Position numbers and translations under genes: made by a program
DNA from: Octopus sinensis
Taxonomy: Eukaryota
DNA: 64,000 nt
Reading direction: 5' to 3'
Assembly (NCBI RefSeq): GCF_006345805.1
Contig: NC_043001.1
Coordinates: forward strand, 100,378,001-100,442,000
The notes under the pieces: model-generated
What the model was told of the DNA's origin: nothing
Seen by the model: the letters and a program-made list of their open reading frames with translations, nothing else
Databases searched by the model: none
Shown here: positions 50,801 to 64,000 of the stretch, piece by piece
Numbering within the stretch: the stretch's first letter is position 1
Layout of the letters: each line of letters opens with the position of its first letter

Positions 50801-52439
50801 TGTAGTGTTGAGTGCACATTTTCTTGTGAGAAAAAGGAACTGTAATGGAGCAGTGCTGTGTCTAGGGACAAATTTGTCTTCCATTCATCACAGAAACTAC
50901 AGCTGAGTGTTCTTCAGTTCCATTCAATGTGGTGTGGGAAGAATTAGCTCTTGGTAAATGTCATAACTATTTAGGTTTCCAATGAAATCCTGTTTTTAGC
51001 TACAGTTGCAGCCATTAGATTTTGATTCTAGAATATTCCTTTCAAATTTTGATACAAGGCCAGCAATTGTGGTGGAGGCTGCTAAAGTGGTACTTATTTT
51101 ATCAATTCCAAAAGGATGAAAGGCCAAGTCGATCCTGGCAGTATTTGAACCCAGAACATTAAGTCAGAAGAAATGCCTCTAAGTACTTCTTCCAATGTGG
51201 TAACAATTCTGCCAGCTTACTGCCTTATTTTGATTCTAAAATATCAACAACAAATTTATAGATATTATGACAGGCATTACTTTGCACCCATGTACAAACT
51301 ACATGATTCTGTATACTCCAGATTTTCTGACTGGAAAAAACTGGATTCATAACCATTTTCACAGTTTAACTTTGAACTGTACTAAGAGATGTCTAATGGT
51401 TAAAAATTTTGCTCCAACAGAGACAATTAGACAGTATATAAATAGAATCTGGAGGGAATCGATGCCATTTTATAACATCTGTGAGATTACCAAGTTTTCT
51501 ATTATGATAAAAAGTAGAATGGAATATTTTTCCCAATGGTTAGTATGTCTGGGTTTATTGTATCTCGATCAGTTCTAAAAAACCTTTCAGTTGGATCAGG
51601 ATCTGTATTCACCTTTAAGTTAAATTTCTGCAGAAAGAGTGAAAAATGGTGGAATGGAAAAGAAATCACATACAACCACAGTAATATTTTGTTATAACAG
51701 TTTATTTTTGAGACTCTGTTGTCTGGCTGCCAGAGTTAAAGATACGAATAGATGGAGAGTGATAGAGATTAGGGGAGAATAACTGAGATAAATATAGAGA
51801 AAGAGAACGAGAGAGAGAGAGGGAGAGAGAGAGAGAGAGGGAGAGAGAGAGAGAGAGAGAGAGAGAAGGTGTGATAGAAAGTCACTGAGAGTGAAAGATG
51901 GTGTGAGAGTTAGAAAGGGAGGTAGACAGAGCTTGTGCGTGATTGGTGATAAATTTGGTAGCTATTTCTAAAAGATTGGGCAACCACTTAGAACTTCACC
52001 TGTTGGCTCATTTCTTATTGTTGCTGTTTAGTCAGATACTACCATGCATCCATCAAATACATAATTAAAGTTATTCCAGCCATGACTAACCCATCATTTT
52101 TTCATCATACATAGTGTATTAAAAATTTTATTATCCAGTTCATCCACCCCTTTTTAAGGTGTGATTTGAGGGAGTTTTGGCATCTATTTCTACTAAGTTG
52201 AGTGATCATATAAAAATTCAGCTGCATGATTGACCAAAGTTCCTTTTTGAATTGGAAACTACCTGATTGGTTCAGAGAAGAACTTGTAACTGTTCTATTT
52301 ACATGGTTTAACACAAAATACCCCAAAGAGTTTCAAATATCAAAAACATTCTGTCACAGTGACATCGTTACCATTCCATTAGGGGTTGAAGATTCAAGGA
52401 GGATAGTTCAGTTCAATCCTATCTTTCAAACTAAAGAAT

Positions 52440-52890
52440 AATGGTTTTAAATTTTGGCAGAAGGTGAGCAAGTTTGGGGGAGGGGGTAAGTCAGTTACAT
52501 TGACCCCAGCATGCAACTGGTATTTATTTTATCAACCCCCAAAAGACTGAAAGGCAAAGTTGGCCTGGGCAGAATTTGAACTCAGAAAGTAAAGACTGAC
52601 GAAATCCCATTAAGGATTTTGCCCAGTCTGCTACCAATTCTGCCAGCTTGCCACTTTTGTAACAACCAAAGAATATTCTTTTCTACTCTAGGCACAGGGC
52701 CTGAAATGTTGAGGGGGGGGGGCAGTCGATTAGATCAACCCCTGTACACAATTGGTACTTAATTTATCAACCCAAAAGGATGAAAGGCAAAGTTGACCTC
52801 GGCAGTATTTGAACTCAGAACATAAAGGTAGAGGAAATACCACTAAGCATTTTACCAGGCATGCTAACGTTTCTGCCATCTTGCCACTTT
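52440..52890 (-). mobile_element. Two tandem S2 SINEs
   Basis: Copies at about 52440-52650 and 52672-52890, each followed by ccactttt(a/g)gtaaca(a/g)ccaaagaatatt. Confidence 0.85.
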
Positions 52891-54672
52891 AGTAACAGCC
52901 AAAGAATATTGAATGAATTCTTTTTTCGAATAACAGCAATTCCATAATTTTAATCAACTTTAATATAATCCTTTAATTGTGGAATTAGCTGAAAAAATTT
53001 CTCATCAGAATACAAAAACCTTGCCATGGAACCTTATGTATTATTCTCTTTCAGAATTCCTGTCTTTTTAAAACCATCTTTTTATTTTATTCATTATATT
53101 TTTACATTTCATTTTTCTTTTTTTTTCCTTTTAAGTCAAATATTTACATCTTTTTCTCAAATTAAAATTTGTTTTTATAAGTTTTAGTTCCTTAAACAAT
53201 TCATTTCTTACTCCTTAATTTTCCAAAAAAGTAAATAAAATATTCCTGCAACAATTTCACCATATTATAGATTTAAAAAAAAAATATTTTAGGATTAATA
53301 TTTGAACCTGGAAAAAATTACTAAAAAGGACAAGGAATAAAAAAAAAAGCAAAAGGATTCTCTTCAGAAAATATGGTTTCCATCAATTTGCAATTCTCTA
53401 TAGTTTGAGTTCATTGTTGGCTTTTAAATTTTATTTTTCATTTGATTATTTCACTGGTTCTCATATTTAAAAATCTATAACTAGAAATAAAGGATTTGTT
53501 TTTGTTATTTCTTTTCTATTTTGCCTTTTTCATCCCCAAATGTTCTGATATAATTCAGAAACAGAACAACATTTAATGTCTCTACAATAATTATATTCTA
53601 TCACATCACTCTCCATTGTATCACACAGTTCAGTTATGTTCTCACAATATCTGGCATCTGATGCTGGTGATAACGATGAAGGAGATATAACAAAGATGAA
53701 CGAGGAAGAGGAGGAGGAGGAGGAGGAGGAGGAGGTGGTGGTGGATGAATGACGATGGCAATAGTGATGATGATAATGAGGATGTTGAAGGCAACAAAGA
53801 TTTTGAACATGATGCTAATTATGCTGATGTTGATGATGAGATGGCAACAATTATGATGACGATGATAATGATTATTATTTTTGTTGTTGTTGTTGCTCTT
53901 ATTTTTATTTAAAGGATTTTCAATACACAACTCGTGTTTCTTTGATGATGATGATGATGATGTTCATAATGACAATGATGATGATGATGATGATGATTAA
54001 CAAAATTTACATCACACAATATATGTTTTCTGGTTTTTTTCTCCCCATCTCCCCCAGTTCACTAATGACATCCACTCTACTGGACAGTGAAGGGTTTAAA
54101 ATTTTTCTTTGAAATTTGAAGTATATTCACTTGTCAAAGGATTTACTAAAAGCAGAGATAAAAGCATCCTCATCATCATCATCATCATCACCATCATCAT
54201 CACTTTAATGTAGTTTTTGTCATGATAACATGGGTTGGATAGGTGTACAATACCACATCTAGTCTTTCTTCTCAGTGTCATCTGATTTATGAGGCCTAAC
54301 ATCCTGACATCTGATCTCGCCTCGTATTTCCTATCTTCTTTACTCTAAGTTATGCAGACATACAAAATAAACTTCACAGATCTTTTACATTATTTTGAAG
54401 CCAGGCATATTTTTCTTGTTATAGTAAAACAAAGAAAGGGATTCGGTTGCCTTGATTTTTTTCCCAGACTGCAACATTGATAACCAAACTCAACAATATC
54501 TACATGGCATAACTCAAAAACGATTGCTTGCAATAGTTCTACATACTCTTACCAACTATTCCCAGAAAAATCTATCTGCTGCTCCTCCTACCAGCTTCTT
54601 ATTGTATCTCCAAGTTCCCTTCATAAAACACTTCCTTCAGTCCCATCTTCCCAGAATCCAAATCCTTGAAAA

Positions 54673-54841
54673 CAGTGGTTCTCAACTATTTTAATACCAG
54701 GGTCACATCCAAACCCCAGATTTTTAAGGCAGACACATCCAAGGAAGTAAAACACAAGTCAAAGAGAATTTAATTATATTTCTAGAAGGAAGACCACCAA
54801 GGGGCCACTGGAAGTTTGAGGGCCACAGTTGAGTACCATGG
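54673..54841. mobile_element. hAT-type MITE
   Basis: Imperfect TIRs CAGTGGTTCTCAAC / GTTGAGTACCATGG. Confidence 0.55.
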
Positions 54842-55809
54842 CTCTAGAGTGTCTCCCAATCGACATTTTGACCTGCAGACATTAACATACACTTATTCAA
54901 ACTGAACACCACAGATGCATGAAGGAGATGCCTCTACTTTTGATGCCTCAACCTTACTTTCCTTGAAGATGGTCTGAAAAGATAAATAACTTGGGTTGTT
55001 CTCTTTTCATTCAAATACCAGATTGGCTATTAATGCTTTAGAAAGAACTAGAAATATTTCACTATAAGACTTAATAGGATATATGATTCAATGTAAAGAT
55101 GTTAATTCCCTGGTTGTTTGTCTGGCTGAGCCAAATACAGAAATCTTGCTTTCACCTTCAGCATCTCAGCATAAATGATCATAAATAATAAAATGCTGCA
55201 TCGTAATTAAACCCACTTCCTCTACAGTGACCACTTGTATTTTGTCTATATAGCCAGTGGTATTGATGGTTTATTCTCTTTTCATATTCACTAGTGGTGT
55301 TTCTTCCTTGAAAACTTTAACAAAAGCAAAGTTGTTTTACGATACCAGTAACACCATAGGCTGCCTAATTAATCTGTCTGCCTCTCTCAGCTTCTTGAGT
55401 CAAAAGCTTTCAGTTAGACCCCATTTTTGCATTATGTGTTGATAGGTCTCTCCAACCTAGACTCTATAAACCTTCTGTAGCCCAAGGTTTGGCTAATCTC
55501 ACACACTCTTCCTTTGTATATTAATGAGCTACTTGTCTTCCATTCTAATAGTTTGCAATTCTATGGTCCTTTATTCTTACTTAACCTTCCTCACTCAGGT
55601 GTCATCTGCACAAACCTAAACAATAAACAACAAATATACACGACTTACAAAACTAAAATGGAGAGTTAAGTAAAAGACCCAGGAAATTCTGTTTTTTGCT
55701 TGAAAATAAGATAGACCCATTTCATGTTCAGTAGTATTTCCACATTCTTGAAAATATTTCCAAGATATTTCTGACGTTCTGGAGAAACTATTTGTTTGTG
55801 AATTTGATT

Positions 55810-56125
55810 TGTATGAGGAAAAGGGCACCATTCGAGTGTGATCGTTACCAATGTCGCCTTACTGGCACCTGTGCCAGTGGCATGTGTAAAAAGATTCGAG
55901 CGAGGTCATTGCCAGTACCGCCTGACTGGTCTCCATGCTGGTGGCACGTAAAAAGCACCCACTACATTCTCGGAGTGGTTGCCATTAGGAAGGGCATCCA
56001 GCTGTAGAAACTCTGCCAGATCAAGATTGGAGCCTGGTGCCACCATCTGGTTCGCCAGATCTCAGTCAAAATCGTCCAACCCATGCTAGCATGGAAAGCA
56101 GACGTTAAACAATGATGATGATGTA
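55810..56125 (+). mobile_element. RTE 3' UTR/tail fragment
   Basis: Shares gctggtggcacgtaaaaagcacc with 37480-37505 and ends ccaacccatgctagcatggaaa...(GAT)n. Shorter copies lie near 5690, 24380, 26010, 37950, 42610, 54170, 60080 and 63195. Confidence 0.8.
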
Positions 56126-57141
56126 GAATCATGAGTACACAGTCATCATATTTCTGTTTCTTTGAGAGAACTGAGTTGAGATGAAGAAAGCCATCGAAGT
56201 GCAAAGAGATGTTAGCGCTACATTCTGCTGTGGTCCACCTTCATACTTTCTCTCAGTGCATAAGAGCCATCAGTTGGTTTTGAACTCAGAGCCTATGGAG
56301 CCACTACAGATGCGACAAATTGTCTTGTCTGATGCTTTTACCATTCTGCCACTCCATTAGTTCTGTTTATTGATCACGAAAGAATGAAAGACAAGTTCGA
56401 CCTTAGCAAGATTTGAATTCAGTGCACACACAGCCATAACACAGAAACACATTAACGAGTCTGCTAATTCCCCCCGCCCTCCGCCCTGTATACAGACAAC
56501 AAAACAAAGTCAAACGAGTAACTTTGTTATTGATAACAGTCTCTCACTGAAACATGTGGAAAACATCAATGGAAGGAAGTGGCTTTGACTGAAAAAATGA
56601 AACAAGTGTTGAAACTCATCCTAGAATTATCCCATGATTAAAGGGTTGACTTCAGCTACGACTAAACAGGAAAATCTGTGTGAAAATCCTAAAAAGAATG
56701 AAATAATCAATAGAATTTGCCCATATTTTTTTAAAAAAAGAAACAAAACAATAAAAAAGAACTGAAAAATGGGATATTTTAGTCTGCTTTGAGAAAAAAA
56801 GAATATCTGATATTTTGTGCCGGATCCTTTACTAGAAAGAAAACTAACTTTGATTAGAATTTTTAAATTCACATGCACTTCATCGATTGATTTATTTCAT
56901 AAAATTCAATAAAAGCTTGATATTCAGTAAATATATATTCATCAGGTCAGGGTAAATTCATGTGTGTGTGTGTGTGTGTGTGTGCGTGCACGTGTGTGTG
57001 TGTTTGTGTGTGTGTGTAATTGTCTGTGAAGCAGCCATTGCATCTGTCTCCCACTGATTGAATCAAAATCTTTGGCCTTATCAGTGGAAATGATTTAAGA
57101 TATTATGTGTCACCCATCTAAATTGCTAAACCTCATAATGC

Positions 57142-57385
57142 TTTGGAGTAAAGATTATTTGCCAACATAACATGGCAGTCCTGGTTTAGGACAAATGTTG
57201 CTGTAATTTAGCCCCAGGAGACATTGTCTCCAGCTGGCTATACAACACGATGTCTCCTGGGGCTAAATTACAGCAACATCCATCCTAAACCAGGACTGCC
57301 ATGTTATGTTGGCAAATAATCTTTACTACAAAGTACTGTTACTGAATACCTCTTGTTGTGAGATTTACAAATAGTAATTTTCTAA
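57142..57385. mobile_element. Family C asymmetric fold-back, copy 2, 10-bp TSD
   Basis: Hairpin at 57139-57335 plus the same one-sided extension as copy 1 in opposite orientation. CTCATAATGC at 57132-57141 and 57386-57395. Confidence 0.8.
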
Positions 57386-57864
57386 CTCATAATGCGTTTC
57401 CAAATGGTATGATGAGAACTGTGCAGTAAGATAAATCTATGTCCAGGGATTTTGAAGGGAAGATCTACAATGGGTCCTTACACTAACAGTCTTAGATGCC
57501 TTTCCTTTTCCCCTACTCCTATGACATGCAAATAAATTCTTAACTGATGATCTGCCTCCACTTCTGATCCAATGACCAGCTCTTGATTACAGCCACACGA
57601 AAGGCCAAACTTGAAATGAGACTTTTGACAAGTATGCAGTCTGCTGATTCAGTGATCTCCTCAAACTCCGTCAGAATAGAGAACAGGGGAAGACAAGTTA
57701 CAAAGAAGTGGAAGCAAGTGAGGGAATGGTACAGGTGCCAGTTTGTAGAAGTAGGGGTGTTATATTGCCAAATTTGGAAGAGGGACAGTCTCAAACATGG
57801 GTCAGCACCCATTACTATAATGTACACAGACATTTACACACACACACAAACATATATAAATATA

Positions 57865-58095
57865 TATTTCTTTACTACCCACAAGGGGCTAAACACAGAG
57901 AAGACAAACAAGGACAGACAAATGGATTAAGTCGATTACATCGACCCCAGTGCGCAACTGGTACTTAATTTATCGACCCCGAAAGGATGAAAGGCAAAGT
58001 CGTCCTCGGCAGAATTTGAACTCAGAACGTAACGGCAGACGAAATATGGCCACGCATTTCGGCCGGCGTGCTAACGTTTCTGCCAGCTCGCCGCA
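57865..58095 (-). mobile_element. SINE family S2, young copy with CpGs retained
   Basis: Near-consensus reverse complement of 2385-2620. Confidence 0.92.
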
Positions 58096-58301
58096 TATAT
58101 AAAATATATAAATATATAAATATATAAACATATATAAATAGTTTACTGTTTCACGAAGGTAAGACAACAAAAACATTAGTTCATCCAGTGAGAGATAAAC
58201 ATCATTTAATGTACACAAGTACAAAGATATGAGGTACAAATTGTTTCTGTTGTAAAGACACATGCTTAACCAGGTTTTAAGCCAGGTGTCTTCACAGCAA
58301 A

Positions 58302-58355
<54 letters not shown>

Positions 58356-58510
58356 GAGTGTATTTTCCCTTATTAACATTTATTCATTTGGAATAATATC
58401 AGTGAAATCTTTGAAACATGTGTCGGAAGTAAAAGTATTTGAATTGTACATGTGTTAAACTCCATTTATTTATTTATATGTGTATATATATATATATACA
58501 CATATATATA

Positions 58511-58546
<36 letters not shown>

Positions 58547-58559
58547 TGTATGTATATAG

Positions 58560-58594
<35 letters not shown>

Positions 58595-59035
58595 ATAGAG
58601 AGAGAGAGAGAGATAGTATACACATACATTAGTTTGTCTCTTTGACATTGATGTGTGGTTCATGACACCATTTTGCAATGATGTGTTTGCCGGTTCAATA
58701 TCTCTCCTTGGCATCTTTCTGCACACATACAAACATACCTACAAAGTCATTCCTCAAAATGTTTGGAAAATCAACTCCCTAGATACCCTGTTATCTACAG
58801 CTGAAATCTCAAACTTTAATTAGTTCACTAATTGACAAAAATTGTTTTATTTCTCAATGAAATCCAAGCATCATTAGAACTGTGTTGTTAATCTTTAAAG
58901 CTAATCTTTATCTGTGAATTTTAATAATTTTCTGTCCTTTCATGGTTACCTTCACAGAGATTCATAAAAGAAGTTAGCATTAATGATGACGATGATGATG
59001 ATGATGATGATGATGATGAAGCAGATGATGTTGAA

Positions 59036-59068
<33 letters not shown>

Positions 59069-60289
59069 AAATTTTTGCTTTGTTAGCCACAAGGGCTTAA
59101 AGAGAGAGGAAAATAGGAAACTTTTGCTAGAGGTTACATAGAAATAAAAGATAACAAAGTGAACGGAAAAGGAAAAAAACATTAAAAAATGCCAAAAAGC
59201 GGGGGGGGGGGTCAGTATATAATATATGGAAGGAATGAGAATTTTAAAGGTGTTCGTGCATACATATGCACACACATACATACAAACATCCATCCATACA
59301 AATATCCCTTCATCCATTCTTCCATCCATCCATCCATCCATCCATTCATATATACATACATACACACATACATATATACATACATACATAGGTTCATCTA
59401 CGCATATACACACATATACCTCTATACAGTCACACATATACCTCAATACTGTCATGCATATTTGTATGTAAATAATCAGAAGGTACAATACAACACACCG
59501 TAACTAAAACAAATTAAGATTTAAGGCAAATAAAAAATTAAAGTTCACTGGTTAGAGACTGAGTTGGCCACTGCATGATCCTGTTCATTGAACCATTACT
59601 CAAACTGTGTTTGAGTGCAATCAGATGCACCATCAAGCATATTTAAAGATATTTCATGTTCATAAACACCAACATCTTGAGGATATTCTTTCGAAACTTT
59701 CATATAATGTTTTAATTTTGATTTTACTCACAGTCGATGTTTATTATGTTGTTTATATTCTAAACTTAACAGTTTATGTGTCATTGCAAATTCTTCTGAT
59801 AGTCTGTGGCATAACAAGTCATCATTTTGTTTTTTAACTATTTGTTTGATTTTCAGAGAATGGTGAATTTTAGTTTATCTTTATCTCCCCTGATTTTCCT
59901 TGTTATTCTCTTGAGGGGGATTTGTTTGCATTGTCATATACAAGGAAACTGAAAAAAAATCCCACGTCTGTTTTTGTCCCCCACCACCATTTGACAACCG
60001 GTGTTGGTGTGTTTATGTCCTCATAATGCAGTGGTTCAGCAAAAGAGACCAATAGAATAAGTGCCAGGTTTTAAAAATGGCCAACCCATGCCAGCATGGA
60101 AAACAGACATTAAATGATGCTACTGCTGCATATGATGATGATGATTCGGTGATGATGATGATGATTTGGTGATGATGATGATAATGTTGATGATGATGAT
60201 GAGGAGGAGGAGGAGGGCGATGACGATGACGACAATAATGATGATGATGATGGTGGTGGTGGTGATGATGATGATGATGGTGGTGGTGG

Positions 60290-60321
<32 letters not shown>

Positions 60322-61044
60322 TGTATATTCACTGCTATGTATTTATGCAGATTTGACTCTGCCCCAGCTTCCACACTTACATCTCATTATAGAAGTATTT
60401 ATCAGGCAAAGAAACTGCCTACTCATCAAAGAAAAACAACTTTCCATGGTGCTCTCTCTCTCTCTCATATATTTGTGTGTATGAGTTGTAGAGTGAGATA
60501 GAAAAGGAAAGAAAGCATCTTGAATGGTTCTAATTTGATGGTTGTGCAATTTTGCTCATTTTTATGCATCGTTTTGCCAATGTTCCTTGATTGCTAAAAA
60601 TGTGTCATGAGGAAATAAATGGGTGAAAGCTGACGTGGTTACTGCTTAGAGATCTGCCCCTCAGCATAGCAGTGTCTACCTTCTGTTGCACCAAAATCCT
60701 GATGGACATTTTGTAACCGACAAGTAGAGGCCTTTGATACAACTGATCACATCATCGACATTTTATCCTTTGTATTCTCTTATCTCTTGGTAATATCCTC
60801 ACTGCACTCATTCTAAACTCACACAGAGATCAGCTCCGTCTTACATTTTGAAGAGCGTACAATCCATATCACATTTTCATCAGGAATACACATGCTTTAT
60901 GCAAATTCTGTATATATTTGAATACATAAGTTGTTGCTATGGCAACGTTCTTAATGCTTTGCATTTCATCCAATACGTATAATATCTGCTTTAAGAGATG
61001 TTTTGATTTGTTTTTTTTCAAGGATATGTTTAAATAGTATGTAT

Positions 61045-61167
61045 GTAATGATATATATATACACACACATATATATATACACATACATACACACACACAC
61101 ATATATACATAATGTATACATATATGTGTATATATACACACATACACACACATACATATATATATAT

Positions 61168-61198
<31 letters not shown>

Positions 61199-61377
61199 AT
61201 ATATATATATTATATATATATATATATTTATATATATACATACACACACACTTACACACACATATATATATTCAATATATACTTATAAATATGTATGTGT
61301 GTGTGTATGTATGTATGTATGTATATATGTATATACTTATATATTTATACATATACACAGATACACACATATATGTA

Positions 61378-61451
<74 letters not shown>

Positions 61452-61875
61452 GTATGTGTGCATGTGTGTGTATAGAGAGGAAGTGAGGGGAGAGGAAGTG
61501 AGAGAGAAAGAGAGAAGAGAGCAATATTTTACCCAAATATGATTTCAAAAACAAGTGGATTTCTTCTTGCAATGTCTTTAGAAGCAGATAAAAAAAAAAT
61601 CAACCCTCAAAGAACATCAATAAGTTTTCGATTATAGTTTAATATTTAAAGATGGTAAAATCTTAGCAAAATCAAATGAAGTTTCAGATATTATGAAGCA
61701 TTTTAAAAAAGCTTCCATATTCCTGAAACTTAACGGAGTAACTTTATAAGCCTCTTGCCGCCTAATTCTACCAATATCTTTTTCTCATTCAGATTCTGTC
61801 TTAGTCAAATTTATGATGTGAAAGAAAGATTTGTTTAATCTTAGCTTCCAAGCATCCTTTTATCTCCTGTTTGTG

Positions 61876-61906
<31 letters not shown>

Positions 61907-61945
61907 ATATGGGTGCATACATGTGCATGTGTGTGTGAATGAGTG

Positions 61946-62043
<98 letters not shown>

Positions 62044-62045
62044 TA
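61045..62045. repeat. Long (TA)n/(CA)n/(GT)n arrays
   Basis: Direct reading (61045-61470 and 61875-62045). Confidence 0.95.
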
Positions 62046-62667
62046 CATATTCAGTTGGTTGTTCTTCATTTCTGAATATTTCTAGTTTCTTTAATTTTTT
62101 TCATTTGTTCTGGTATTTCTTCTGCCTGAAATGACCAATCCTTGCATGAAACATGCATCCTTGCAAGTTGCTCTTAATAGCTGTGGATGGTCATGGTTGG
62201 CTTCACTGAATGTTTTTGTCTTTGCTGTTTGTTCTCTTCATGTCCTTGTTCAAGCAGTTCTGCAACAGTTGAGATGTTTTGCTGCAAGGCTTTGCAATCT
62301 GCTGTTTGTTTTAGGATGAGGTTGGGCTTCCTCATCGTCTGTTTCTGTTGTTCTTTGAAATGTCTTAGAGGGAAGGCAGTTGCTGTGTTGTTACTGATGA
62401 TTAGCTCTGAGCATGTGCATGTGTATGTGTGTGTGTATGTGTGTGTATGTATGTGTGTGTGTGTGTGTGCATGTGTATGTGTGTGTGTGTGTGTGAGTGT
62501 GTGTGTGTGTTAAAGCACACACATCAAGCTATAAATAACATGTAAATATTGAGGTGGAACAACCTTTTGGGATATAAGACGTCAAAGGCCACCTTTGACG
62601 TTTTCTACCCAAAAGGTTGTTCTAACCCAATATTTACAAATTGTTATTATATTATTTATAGCTGTAT

Positions 62668-63085
62668 AGGCACAGGAGTGGCTGTGTGGTAAGTAGCTTG
62701 CTAACCAACCACATGGTTCCGGGTTCAGTCCCACTGCGTGGCATCTTGGGCAAGTGTCTTCTGCTATAGCCCCGGGCCGACCAAAGCCTTGTGAGTGGAT
62801 TTGGTAGACGGAAACTGAAAGAAGCCTGTCGTATATATGTATATATATATAAGTGTGTGTGTGTATATGTTTGTGTGTCTGTATTTGTCCCCCTAGCATT
62901 GCTTGACAACCGATGCTGGTATGTTTACGTCCCTGTCACTTAGCGGTTCGGCAAAAGAGACCGATAGAATAAGTACTGGGCTTACAAAGAATAAGTCCCG
63001 GGGTCGATTTGCTCGACTAAAGGCGGTGCTCCAACATGGCCGCAGTCAAATGACTGAAACAAGTAAAAGAGTAAAAGAGTAAAGA
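62668..63085 (+). mobile_element. SINE family S1, young full-length copy
   Basis: ggcacaggagtggctgtgtggtaagtagcttg...gggttcagtccc... ending in a (GTAAAAGA)n tail. Confidence 0.92.
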
Positions 63086-63464
63086 GAGCTTTATTTGTGT
63101 GCTTTGAGATATTTAAAAAAACAAATTAATTCATGTTCTCTTGAAAGTTTATAAAATTCCTACTATGTCCACATATATATGCTTATCCATATTTACCTGC
63201 TGGTACCACGTAAAAAGTATTCATGTTGGTGCCATGTAAAAGCATCCAGCACACACTGTGAAGTGGTTGGCATGTTAGGAAGGGCATCCAGTTGTAGAAA
63301 CCAAGCCAAATCAGACAGGATCCTGGTGCTGCTCTCCAGCTTCCCAGCTCTGGTCAAACTGTCCAACCCATGCCAGCATGGAAAACGGATGTTAAAAGAT
63401 GATGGTAATATATATTTATGGATATATGTGTGTGTGTGTGTGTGTGTATTCATAAAGGAAGAAG

Positions 63465-63785
63465 GAAAGCAGATGCTAAAAGTTACAGGCATATCTCTCT
63501 GATTTCACATGTGAGCAAGCTGTTGGAATTCATTATCGGAAGGAGGTTGATCATGTTCCTGGAACAGAATAACTTGCTCATAAACACACAACATGGTTTC
63601 TGCACAGGGAGGAGCTGCCTCACACAACTACAACAACATTAGGATTGGGTACTGAAACAGCAGCTCAACTACTCAAACATTAATGAGATATATCTCAGCT
63701 TTGCCAAAGCCTTCCACAAAGTTGATCATGGGATGATGTGTTACAAACTAAGCAAACTTGGTATCACTGGAAAACTGGGATATAC
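63465..63785 (+). mobile_element. CR1/L2-group LINE reverse transcriptase fragment
   Basis: SYRHISLISHVSKLLE...FLEQNNLLINTQHGFCTGRSCLTQLQQH*DWVL...IYLSFAKAFHKVDHG...KLSKLGITGKLG. Confidence 0.88.
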
Positions 63786-64000
63786 AGTTTTAATATTATT
63801 GACTGTTAGGAATACTTAAACTAGTCAACATCGTAATTTTTAAACATGTTTTTCTAATACATAATTCTAAATTTGTCTGTTATGAACATTTAAACTTGTC
63901 AACATTGAACTTTATATTGACTATTATCTTAAATTTTAACATCCATTCATAAACCCGGTAGCATTCAAATATCACATACTACCCCTCTCATTTATCTCCC

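Noticed and set aside
54420-55615. Possible LINE endonuclease/RT remnants on the minus strand (and an AFDT-like motif near 60730)
   Set aside because: The motifs are too short and decayed to call.

Overview
AT-rich eukaryotic genomic DNA, most likely from an octopus. This is inferred from the tRNA-derived SINE families, the extreme microsatellite load and the LINE mix; it was not verified by a search. No host protein-coding gene can be confidently called, and almost all listed ORFs are microsatellite translations or shadow frames. The window is intronic or intergenic and is filled with SINEs, decayed LINEs (RTE, R4/Dong, CR1-like), DNA-transposon relics (mariner, hAT, Helitron-like) and simple repeats. 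The main result is a set of small non-autonomous elements from three unrelated sequence families. All insert as asymmetric fold-backs (one full arm plus one inverted truncated arm) flanked by 10-13 bp direct repeats. Family A (10586-11455, 26649-27155) joins a tRNA-Thr-like Pol III head to a minimal type I hammerhead ribozyme motif. Family B (12839-13096, 16577-18465) carries a parallel minimal hammerhead motif with a U3-A8 covariant core. Family C (42085-42296, 57142-57385) has the same insertion geometry but no recognisable ribozyme. This pattern suggests passengers of a Penelope-like retroelement whose autonomous partner is not in the window. Coordinates were read by eye, and repeat boundaries are approximate unless motifs are quoted.
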